This document shows, piece after piece, positions 29,795 to 37,834 of a DNA stretch of 64,000 nt. The translations under genes were made by a program, and so were the position numbers. Origin of the DNA: Myxococcales bacterium (GTDB taxonomy: Bacteria > Myxococcota_A > UBA9042 > UBA3505); the NCBI GenBank assembly GCA_963578775.1, contig CAUZEG010000003.1, positions 10,057 through 74,056 of the forward strand, written 5' to 3'. Within the stretch, counting starts at the first letter, position 1, and each line of letters opens with the position of its first letter. The notes beneath the pieces were generated by a model. That model did no database searches. It saw only the letters and a program-made list of their open reading frames with translations, and was not told the DNA's origin.

Positions 29795-30616
29795 TTGAAA
29801 ACAGGCTTTCTGGACAGCGCGGTCGGGCCACGACTCTTCTACCGGGCTGGTTTCGTCGATTCGGCCGATGCCGCCGTAATCCTCATTCATGGCTTCGGGG
29901 AGCATAGCGGGCGATATGGCTATCTGGCGGACAGTCTGCATGAGGCCGGTGTTGCCACCTTCGGGATCGATCTTCGAGGGCATGGCCAGTCGGAAGGACC
30001 ACGAGGCCATGTCGATGACTTTGATGACTTCAGCGACGATATCAGTTGCGCTTGTACAGTGGTGCAGGAGCGACTTCCCGGTGTGCCCGTTTTTTTGATG
30101 GGCCATAGCATGGGAGGATTGGCGGTCTCGGCTTTCGTTGCCCGGCACCCGGAGGCGATCTCAGGATGTATCCTGTCCTCTCCGGTGTTTGGACTTGGGG
30201 AGGAGACCTCCTGGCCAAAGATGCTCGCTGTGCGAATGCTCGATCGATGGGCTCCCTCTATGACTCTACCCGCAGGTTTCTCGTCCTACGATCTCAGCCA
30301 TGATGTTGCACAGGTCGCGGCCTATGCAAATGATCCCCTTGTACTGCGGCGAGGTTCGGTCCGCTTGTTCAACGAGGCGGTACGGACCCAGAAGTGGATT
30401 CTCGACCAGGCGCCCGATATAGGGCTTCCACTACTGATTCTAGCGGGCGCGGATGACCGGCTTGCTGATCTCGGCACCACCCGGGACTTCATGGCCCGCT
30501 ACGGTGGTCAGGACAAGGTCTTGCAGGTATTCGATGGCTATCGCCACGAAGTCTTCAATGAACGAGAACGCGACGTACCTATCGGCTGCATGATCGATTG
30601 GCTTCGAAAGCACTGA
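29795..30616 (+). CDS. Alpha/beta-hydrolase (lysophospholipase / monoacylglycerol-lipase-like)
   Basis: 'VILIHGFGEHSGRY', nucleophile elbow 'GHSMGG'. 273 aa. Confidence 0.75.
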   Translation: MKTGFLDSAVGPRLFYRAGFVDSADAAVILIHGFGEHSGRYGYLADSLHEAGVATFGIDLRGHGQSEGPRGHVDDFDDFSDDISCACTVVQERLPGVPVFLMGHSMGGLAVSAFVARHPEAISGCILSSPVFGLGEETSWPKMLAVRMLDRWAPSMTLPAGFSSYDLSHDVAQVAAYANDPLVLRRGSVRLFNEAVRTQKWILDQAPDIGLPLLILAGADDRLADLGTTRDFMARYGGQDKVLQVFDGYRHEVFNERERDVPIGCMIDWLRKH

Positions 30617-30671
30617 AGAGTTCAGGGATCGGTTGACACTTTGCTCTATTCGTTGCTAGGTTTCGGAACCG

Positions 30672-30689
30672 AATGAACGCTCATTCATT
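30672..30689. promoter_or_regulatory. Imperfect palindrome AATGAACG-CTCATTCATT, a FadR-box-like candidate operator
   Basis: Read directly, 9 bp upstream of the TetR (FadR-like) ATG at 30698. It resembles the TGAATGA..TCATTCA-type FadR/YsiA operator, which I am recalling from memory. Confidence 0.35.
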
Positions 30690-30697
30690 TTAGGCAT

Positions 30698-31294
30698 ATG
30701 CAGAGCAGCACGCGAAAAGAACGGACCCAATTTCGGCAACGTCAGATCCTTGATGCGGCCGTGGCGGCCTTTGCCGAGAAGGGATTCTATAAGACCCGTG
30801 TCTCCGAGATCGCTCGCCGGGCTGGGGTAGCGGATGGGACGATCTATCTCTACTTCAAGTCCAAAGACGATATTCTGATTTCGTTGTTTGAAGTACGGAT
30901 GGAAGAAGTCCTGAAGGTCATTCACGACGCTCTTTTGGACTGTACGGATGCAGAGCAACGAATTCACGAGTTTTTTCGGCTCTATATGTCCATCATCGAC
31001 CGAGATCCAGCTCTGGCCGAGGTTATTACCATCGAGCTGAGACAATCGGACAAGTTCATTCGAGAGTATGAGAATCCCAAATTTAAAGAACTTCTCCGCT
31101 ATCTGGCGTCTATAATTGGGGATGGTCAACGCCAGGGGGTCTTCCGTTCGGAAGTTGATCCCAGGCTTACGGCCCGAGCAATATTCGGTGCTCTCGACGA
31201 GTTGACCCTGGCCGGGCTTTTTGCCAAACGGCCGATAGAATCATCGCGAGTGGCCCGTTCTCTGAGTGATCTCTTTGTTCAAGGGTTGAGCTAG
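30698..31294 (+). CDS. TetR-family regulator, likely FadR-like repressor of fatty-acid degradation
   Basis: HTH 'ILDAAVAAFAEKGFYKTRVSEIARRAGVADGTIYLYFKSKDDIL'. Immediately upstream of etfB-etfA. Confidence 0.8.
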   Translation: MQSSTRKERTQFRQRQILDAAVAAFAEKGFYKTRVSEIARRAGVADGTIYLYFKSKDDILISLFEVRMEEVLKVIHDALLDCTDAEQRIHEFFRLYMSIIDRDPALAEVITIELRQSDKFIREYENPKFKELLRYLASIIGDGQRQGVFRSEVDPRLTARAIFGALDELTLAGLFAKRPIESSRVARSLSDLFVQGLS

Positions 31295-31338
31295 CTGTTT
31301 TTGGCTTCCCTTCCAACTAACGATACGAGGAAAGAACC

Positions 31339-32086
31339 GTGAAAATATTGGTTGCAGTGAAACGCGTGACGGACCCGGATGCACGCATTCGTCTGAACGC
31401 GGATGCCACCGGCATCGATATGACCGGGGTTGAATATAAGGTGAACCCATTCTGTGAGAACGCGGTGGAAGGAGCACTTCAGATCCGTGAAGCTGCCGGT
31501 GGCGAGGTCGTTGTTGTCTCCATCGGTCCCGATGCGGTCGACACCTATATTCGGACCGGACTGGCCATGGGAGGCGATCGCGGTATTCGTGTTCCGGTTG
31601 ATGACGAGGACCTCGACTCCGATGTAGTGGCCCGGATCCTGGCGGCGATCGTCGAAAGGGAAGAACCAGAACTTGTGCTTGTAGGAAAGCAGGCTATCGA
31701 TGGAGATAACAACCAGGTGGGTCAGCTGTTGGCTGGCTATCTTGGTTGGCCACAGGCCTGTTTCGCCAGTGAAGTCACCTTGTCTGATGACCAGCAAAGT
31801 GTGGAAGTTACGCGCGAAGTGGATGGTGGTCTTGGAAATTGGTTTGCCCGCAGTGATCTCCGCCGATCTTCGCCTCAATGAGCCACGATACGCGTCTCTG
31901 CCAGGGATCATGAAAGCCAAACGCAAGACGATCGATGTTTTTGAGCCCGCCGATCTGGGCGTAGACACCACCGTCAAGGTACGAGTCTTGAAGCTGGAGA
32001 GCCCGCCAGACCGCGCGGCCGGTATCAAGGTGGAGTCGGTAGACGATCTCCTGGGAAAACTACGGAACGAGGCGAAGGCTCTTTGA
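31339..32086 (+). CDS. etfB: Electron transfer flavoprotein beta subunit, interrupted by an apparent +1 frameshift near 31834
   Basis: Frame A (31339-31881) matches the EtfB N-terminus up to '[11 protein letters not shown]'. Frame B (to 32086) continues with '[28 protein letters not shown]...', which is canonical EtfB. The extra base falls within 'cttggaaatt'. Confidence 0.8.
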
Positions 32087-32114
32087 TGGGGCCTGGAATC
32101 AAGGAGAAATAATA

Positions 32115-33080
32115 ATGGCAAATGTTTTAGTCATCGCAGAGACATACGACGGGCAACTTCGAAACGCCACATACAGTTCGGTCTCTTTTGCGCGCCAGAT
32201 CGTGGAACTCGAGGGTGGCAGTTATTCCATTGTTGTGCTTGGTAGTTCGGCGGCCGAATACGCCTCGTCACTGGCGGCGTATGGTGGTTCCCAGGTGTAT
32301 ACCATCAGTCATGCATCACTGGAACACTACGCGGCTGATAGCTGGTCCGATGCCGTATCGGCTCTGGCCCGGAGTATGGGGGCCAGCCATCTGGTTATGT
32401 CATCCAGCACCCAGGGCAAGGACCTGATGCCGCGAGTCGCATCGCAGTTGGATGCGGGTATGGCGGCGGACATCATTGCAGTCCATGCGGATGGTGGAGC
32501 AACCCATTATAAACGACCCATGTGGGCGGGAAATATCATCGCAACCGTAGCCGTCGACACACCGGTTCATGTGGTTACCGTCCGTACGACGGATTTCGAC
32601 GAAGCAGCTTCTGTCGGTTCGAATAGTGAAGTGCAGCCCTATGATTGGTCCCCAGCGGGAACCTCGAGAACCCGTTTTGTCGCATTCAACGCGAGTGGTG
32701 GCGAACGACCGGATCTGGGGGAAGCGCAGATCGTGGTGTCCGGGGGACGAGGCCTGAAGGACAAAGAAAACTTCTGGAGTGTAGTTACCCCGTTGGCCGA
32801 TTCTCTAGGAGCCGCCATCGGTGCGACTCGGGCGGCCGTGGATTCAGGCTTTGCTCCGAACGATCTTCAGGTGGGTCAGACCGGCCGGGTTGTGGCACCA
32901 GATCTCTATTTCGCGGTCGCGATCAGCGGGGCCATTCAGCATCTGGCGGGTATGAAGAACTCCAAATGTATCGTCGCGATCAACAAAGATCCCGATGCTC
33001 CCATCTTCCAGGTCGCCGATTATGGTCTGGTTGCCGATGCCTTCAAGGCCGTTCCCGAACTGGTAGAAAAGCTGGGCTGA
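32115..33080 (+). CDS. etfA: Electron transfer flavoprotein alpha subunit
   Basis: RBS AAGGAG. FAD-binding C-terminal motif 'GAIQHLAGMKNSKCIVAINKDPDAPIF'. Confidence 0.9.
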   Translation: MANVLVIAETYDGQLRNATYSSVSFARQIVELEGGSYSIVVLGSSAAEYASSLAAYGGSQVYTISHASLEHYAADSWSDAVSALARSMGASHLVMSSSTQGKDLMPRVASQLDAGMAADIIAVHADGGATHYKRPMWAGNIIATVAVDTPVHVVTVRTTDFDEAASVGSNSEVQPYDWSPAGTSRTRFVAFNASGGERPDLGEAQIVVSGGRGLKDKENFWSVVTPLADSLGAAIGATRAAVDSGFAPNDLQVGQTGRVVAPDLYFAVAISGAIQHLAGMKNSKCIVAINKDPDAPIFQVADYGLVADAFKAVPELVEKLG

Positions 33081-33897
33081 GGGCCCGTCTTCGAACTATC
33101 AGAGCGAGACCAGCTAAGAGGATAATCAGGCTGCCGGAGGACCCGGACTTCGAACCGGCGCGACAGCCTCCATTATTCGATCCCCCAGCTATATCCGTTC
33201 CGCCAGCCAGATCTTCGGAGGCGGGAATGTCCGGGAATGGCGTATACAGATCGCAAACGCCGAGGATATCGTCCTCTTCCAGGCTCCTCTTTTTCGACTC
33301 TCCGTCCGGTGCGACCGCAAACATAGTGGCGTGGGGGTCCACGCTGTGATCCAGTCCCAGCAGATGGCCTACCTCGTGGGTGAGAGTGTTCAGAAGGTCA
33401 ATCCCATCGGGAGGCACGGGATCCACCACCGAAAAACTGAACTTCCAGTTATTCAATGAGATATCGGTGTCCACGATCCGGCCCGATGTACGTTTATAGC
33501 TCAGGGTGGTCATAGCCAGGACTATATTGGAGTAGCCCTGTGCGGCCCAGACATCGGAATCCGTAATCGGTACGACCAGGTTCTCGTTATTACCACCCGA
33601 GAGGAACCCTCCGACCTCGGTGTCCGAGGTGCCGGTGTATACAAGGGTGGGCAACGCACACTCGGAAATGGCGTTCCAGGCGTCAAGGGCTTGTTCGGTA
33701 CTATCGATAAGGTCTTCAGTGGCAAGGTTAGAGGTTACCGCGGTAGAAACGTAAATCCGAACGGTCTCTGCGAACCAACGGAGCGGCTCATCATTCTTGT
33801 CCGATGTATAGAAGACGTAGCCCGACGCTGATCGTACTGAAATGATCAGCAGGAGCAGCGACAGCAAGAGGTAGGTAGTTCGAGAGTTACGGGCCAT
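33043..33897 (-). CDS. Secreted metzincin-type zinc metallopeptidase with MYXO-CTERM-like C-terminal anchor
   Basis: Signal peptide. 'HEVGHLLGLDHS' (HExxHxxGxxH) plus Met-turn 'ATMF'. C-terminus 'GGCRAGSKSGSSGSLIILLAGLALIVRRR'. Confidence 0.7.
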   Translation of the reverse strand: MARNSRTTYLLLSLLLLIISVRSASGYVFYTSDKNDEPLRWFAETVRIYVSTAVTSNLATEDLIDSTEQALDAWNAISECALPTLVYTGTSDTEVGGFLSGGNNENLVVPITDSDVWAAQGYSNIVLAMTTLSYKRTSGRIVDTDISLNNWKFSFSVVDPVPPDGIDLLNTLTHEVGHLLGLDHSVDPHATMFAVAPDGESKKRSLEEDDILGVCDLYTPFPDIPASEDLAGGTDIAGGSNNGGCRAGSKSGSSGSLIILLAGLALIVRRRALSPAFLPVRERP

Positions 33898-33931
33898 TCC
33901 GAGAAAGATAGCGTTTTTCCAGCCAGATGTC

Positions 33932-35527
33932 TTATGTCGACGAGATGGGAATCAGACAATCGCCTTCTTCAGCGTAGCATTCCCCACAACGGCTGCACTC
34001 GAATCCGCCTCTCGCTTCTTCCCGAAGGATCTCACCGCATGTGCAGGCCCAGCCTTTCGGCTTTGCCGGATTTCCAGCGACTAATTGATGTTCACGCACA
34101 TCACGCGTGACGACAGCTCCGGCGGCCACAAAGGCGTAGGCACCGATGGTGGTGCCGCAGACGATGGTTGCATTGGCACCAATGGTCGCCCCTTTATTCA
34201 CTTTCGTGGGCGCGAATTCGGCCTTTCGGTTTACAAACGAGCGGGGGTTCTTCACGTTGGTAAACACAGCGCTGGGACCTACGAACACATTGTCGGCCAG
34301 CTCCACTCCCGCGTACACACTCACATTATTCTGTACCCGTACCCGATCCCCAATCTGCACGCCCGGACCGACATATGTGTTCTGTCCGAAGGTGCAATTA
34401 TTTCCAATCTTTGTTCCAGAGCAGATGTGGCTATTATGCCAGATACGACTGCCCGTACCGATTTGAACGTCTGCGTCGATGATTGCTGTCGGGTGTACGG
34501 ATACGTCTGGAACAGCCGGAGTAGGCGATTCTATCTCTACCCATTCGCCGCCCAGTCCCAGCGAGCGTTGGGCTGCGTCAAGCACTTGTAGGACACGAAG
34601 TGCACTTCGACCATCCGTGCGGGGCGGAGTACGAGTCTGTATGGCCTCAACGAAGGCTTCGCATTCCAATCGAAGGGGTTCAGTGGAATCAAACGCGATC
34701 GTCTGCTCGGGCGCTTTTTGTGCCACTGGGGCGTGGTCAAGCCATTCCACACTGTGGGCATAGGAGCGCAGCTTTCGGGAGGGTTCGACGGCGCTATCTT
34801 CAAAGACCATCACACTCCGTTCTCCGGTTACCACCAGGCGTTGTTCTTTGTGCGGATGCAGCCATGACACATAGATATGGGCTCGAACCCCACCACTGAA
34901 TTCCAGGACTGTTACCGTCAGGTCGTGGACATCCGGGTCAATCCAGGCACCACCGGTGGCCTGAATCCGTTGGGGAAGGGCTCCCACCAGGCGAAGTACT
35001 ACCGAAATATCATGCGGGGCAAAGGACCAGAGGATGTTCTCTTCACGACGGAGTCGGCCCCAATTCAGCCGGTTGCTATAGATATAGCGGAGCCCGCCAA
35101 GATCCCCGTTTTTTACCTGCCGTTCGATTTCACGGACGGCTGGATGGTACTCCAGAAGATGACCAACCATCAGTATGCGCCCACGTGACTCGGCCTCTTC
35201 GACCAATGCGGCCCCTTCGTTAATATTCAGGGCGAGCGGTTTCTCCAGAAATACGTCTTTGTCCGCCTGCAGAGCCTCCAGCCCCAGGCTTGCGTGGGTT
35301 ACGGCTGGGGTCGCGATCATCACCGCGTCGATGTTGGGGTCTACCAGGACGTCATTGAAATCGGTCAGGCATGGAACCGATGGATACAATTCCCGGGCCT
35401 TCGCGAGTGATTCGCTGTGGTTGTCCACAATGGCGCTTAGGATGCCCTGTTCCGACAGATTCCGCGCCAGGTTTTTTCCCCAGTAGCCATGGCCTACAAG
35501 GGCAATTCGTGGTTTTTGGCTGTTCAT
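33932..35527 (-). CDS. Fusion protein: Gfo/Idh/MocA NAD-dependent sugar oxidoreductase (WbpB-like) plus hexapeptide-repeat N-acetyltransferase (WbpD-like) plus C-terminal Cys4 ribbon
   Basis: N-terminal 'IALVGHGYWGKNLARNL...EKPLAL'. Left-handed beta-helix repeats 'IGTGSRIWHNSHICSGTKIGNNCTFG...'. Tail 'CTCGE...CSRCGEC'. Confidence 0.7.
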   Translation of the reverse strand: MNSQKPRIALVGHGYWGKNLARNLSEQGILSAIVDNHSESLAKARELYPSVPCLTDFNDVLVDPNIDAVMIATPAVTHASLGLEALQADKDVFLEKPLALNINEGAALVEEAESRGRILMVGHLLEYHPAVREIERQVKNGDLGGLRYIYSNRLNWGRLRREENILWSFAPHDISVVLRLVGALPQRIQATGGAWIDPDVHDLTVTVLEFSGGVRAHIYVSWLHPHKEQRLVVTGERSVMVFEDSAVEPSRKLRSYAHSVEWLDHAPVAQKAPEQTIAFDSTEPLRLECEAFVEAIQTRTPPRTDGRSALRVLQVLDAAQRSLGLGGEWVEIESPTPAVPDVSVHPTAIIDADVQIGTGSRIWHNSHICSGTKIGNNCTFGQNTYVGPGVQIGDRVRVQNNVSVYAGVELADNVFVGPSAVFTNVKNPRSFVNRKAEFAPTKVNKGATIGANATIVCGTTIGAYAFVAAGAVVTRDVREHQLVAGNPAKPKGWACTCGEILREEARGGFECSRCGECYAEEGDCLIPISST

Positions 35528-35571
35528 GGGTCCCGGTCCCCTCGATTCAAAGCGTAGCAGCTGTCCCGACT

Positions 35572-36603
35572 TTAACCAAGGGTTTCGTATCGGTCGATGC
35601 CGGAATCGTCAATCTTTCGAATGCGGCGAAGTTGAAGCAGATATTGGAGAGCTGCGGTGATTTCGGACAGGGTCAGGTAGACGTCCATCGAGCGAACGGC
35701 GCCGAAGATCTCCTCGCTCAAGTCCTTTCGGTTTGCTCGTGGGTTCTGGGCCAGGGCCGAGAAGACATCTTCACAGCGTGCCACTTGATTTCGACTGATC
35801 TCCTGGCAGCGGCCCTCGATATTTGTAAACGGGCGTCCATGTCCGGGACAGGCAATCTGTACCTTGAGTTGGGCGGTCTTCTTCAGACTGTCCTGGTACA
35901 GAGATAAGGGGTTGAGTGGCTCGGTATCTTCCGGATGCGGTGCTTCTAGAGTCGGATTGGCCGTGATGTTCGGTAGTAGATGGTCTGCGGTGAATACCAG
36001 CCCTGCCGTCGGATATTCGTAGATGACGTGGTTTGTGGTGTGGCCGAAACACTCCATCACCCGGAACTGGCGGTCGTCGCCCAGGTCGAGCCGCATGCCT
36101 TCACTGACGGGTTGAATTTCTACGCCCACCTGCATGAGGCTGCGTGCCAACCGCATGGAGTCCCAGGCTTTCTGGGCCGCTTTATCCAACAAGCCGCTTC
36201 GTAGATAATATTCACGGAACCAGGCTCGGTCTCGTTCCACCTGGTCTGGCTCGGGGTTCAATACGTGATGGCCACGGGGGTGCAGATAGACCGCGCAGCC
36301 GGATCGCTGTTGAATCCATCGGGCGGCTCCGGCGTGGTCCACATGAACATGTGTGAGGAGAAGGGTGCGAATATCGGAGATGGAACGATGGAGAGTTTCC
36401 AGATTGTCTTCTAGAGCCTGAAAGCTTTCTTCTGTGGCGACACCTGTGTCGATGAGGATCGGGTCGGGCCCATCCACAAAGAACGCATTTACGTCTCCCA
36501 CTGGAAATGGAGTGGGTAATTCCAGGCGGTACACATCGTCCGTGATCTGGTGGATACGATCGCTAACGTGGTGTTCGTCGATGGGGTGGGCGGCGCTAGA
36601 CAT
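35572..36603 (-). CDS. Metallo-beta-lactamase-fold hydrolase
   Basis: 'LLLTHVHVDHAGAARW' HxHxDH motif. Start moved to the internal Met (36603) to avoid overlap. An alternative start at 36705 is possible. Confidence 0.7.
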   Translation of the reverse strand: MSSAAHPIDEHHVSDRIHQITDDVYRLELPTPFPVGDVNAFFVDGPDPILIDTGVATEESFQALEDNLETLHRSISDIRTLLLTHVHVDHAGAARWIQQRSGCAVYLHPRGHHVLNPEPDQVERDRAWFREYYLRSGLLDKAAQKAWDSMRLARSLMQVGVEIQPVSEGMRLDLGDDRQFRVMECFGHTTNHVIYEYPTAGLVFTADHLLPNITANPTLEAPHPEDTEPLNPLSLYQDSLKKTAQLKVQIACPGHGRPFTNIEGRCQEISRNQVARCEDVFSALAQNPRANRKDLSEEIFGAVRSMDVYLTLSEITAALQYLLQLRRIRKIDDSGIDRYETLG

Positions 36604-36629
36604 GGCGAGGCAACGGAGTTGGGCCCCGT

Positions 36630-37250
36630 TTAGTTTTCCGCCGCTGGGCTGAGTGTTTTTTCGATGAACGCATTGGAGAAACGAACTCCATTGAGGCGCA
36701 CACAAATGTGAATCGAAGTTCGGTTGAAACCTTTGTCCTTCAACACCTTTACAAAGCCTTCGGCGGTCTCATCGTCGATGGACTCTACCTTCTCCACATC
36801 GGGATCGATGGTTTCGACCAGCTCTCGAACGGCTGAATACACACTGCTATGGGCCTTATTCCATAACAGGGTGAGCAGCTGCATGACCCGTACGTTCTCT
36901 TTCTCCCTGACCTCGGGCAAAAGGATGCGGACAAGGCGTCCGCGACCGATTTTATCGAGGCGGAAACCACGGAAATAGCGCTGGAAGACGATCGGATCCA
37001 CGCGCCGCATATTATCGATAACATGGGCGGGTTTCAGGCTGCGGATCAAGGCCTCCAGATCCGAAGAGAGAGCTGTATATGTTTCGGTCAGCTCGACAAT
37101 CTCTTTTTCCATCTGCTCTTCTTCTGACGGCTCGTCTATGACTTTGTCGGACGAATTTTCGGCCGCCGTCTCTTCATCGAGAGGCTTGTCTGTGACTTTG
37201 TCGGACGAATTTTCGGCCGCCGTCTCTTCATCGAGAGGCTTGTCTGTCAT
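36630..37250 (-). CDS. Hypothetical acidic protein with an N-terminal 18-aa tandem duplication
   Basis: RBS AGGAG. 'TDKPLDEETAAENSSDKV' x2 encoded by a perfect 54-bp direct repeat. Remainder unrecognised. Confidence 0.45.
   Translation of the reverse strand: MTDKPLDEETAAENSSDKVTDKPLDEETAAENSSDKVIDEPSEEEQMEKEIVELTETYTALSSDLEALIRSLKPAHVIDNMRRVDPIVFQRYFRGFRLDKIGRGRLVRILLPEVREKENVRVMQLLTLLWNKAHSSVYSAVRELVETIDPDVEKVESIDDETAEGFVKVLKDKGFNRTSIHICVRLNGVRFSNAFIEKTLSPAAEN
37141..37248. repeat. Perfect 54-bp tandem direct repeat (2 copies) within the CDS
   Basis: Read directly: 37141-37194 is identical to 37195-37248. Confidence 0.9.
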
Positions 37251-37286
37251 GGATGACTCCTATACGTACGATCTATAAAACGAGGT

Positions 37287-37646
37287 CTACTTTTTTGGTT
37301 CGACTGTCGGACCAAGCTGAAACTCGTAGGCGATTTCGCCAGGCTTTAGCATCCCTAGCTCACGCCGCGCAAGGTGCACGACGTAATTCGGATCGTTTCG
37401 CATAGCTGCGAGCTGCGCCATTTTGCGTTCAATGGACTCGGACAACTCGGCATTCAGGGCATGGAGCCGTTCGACTTCACGTTGCTGGTGACGTACCCGG
37501 GCCGTGCGACTGGGGTCGTAGGCAAAATGAATGCTGGCGATCAGTGCGATAGCCAGGGCCACGAAGACGCCCGTCTTTTTTAGCTGCAGGACATACTGAC
37601 GGTATGGCTGCAAAGCGGTACGGAGACGATGGCCAGAAGATTTCAT
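37287..37646 (-). CDS. ftsB: Septum formation initiator (FtsB/DivIC family)
   Basis: Single N-terminal TM helix, coiled coil 'EVERLHALNAELSESIERKMAQLAAMRNDPNYVVHLARRELGM'. Confidence 0.6.
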   Translation of the reverse strand: MKSSGHRLRTALQPYRQYVLQLKKTGVFVALAIALIASIHFAYDPSRTARVRHQQREVERLHALNAELSESIERKMAQLAAMRNDPNYVVHLARRELGMLKPGEIAYEFQLGPTVEPKK

Positions 37647-37834
37647 CAGATGGAAGTTTGCCCTCGGAACCACGGCGCGTCAAAAAAAGCCCCGTAGGGG
37701 CTTGAGCCCAACGTATCTAAATCGGGACGTTTGGGCACAACTTGAGCGGAGCCCGTCTATCGGGTGCGATTGGCGTCGCCGGACGGTTTGACGTAGGATT
37801 TAGAAATCGAGACGACAGCTGCTATGAGTGGATT

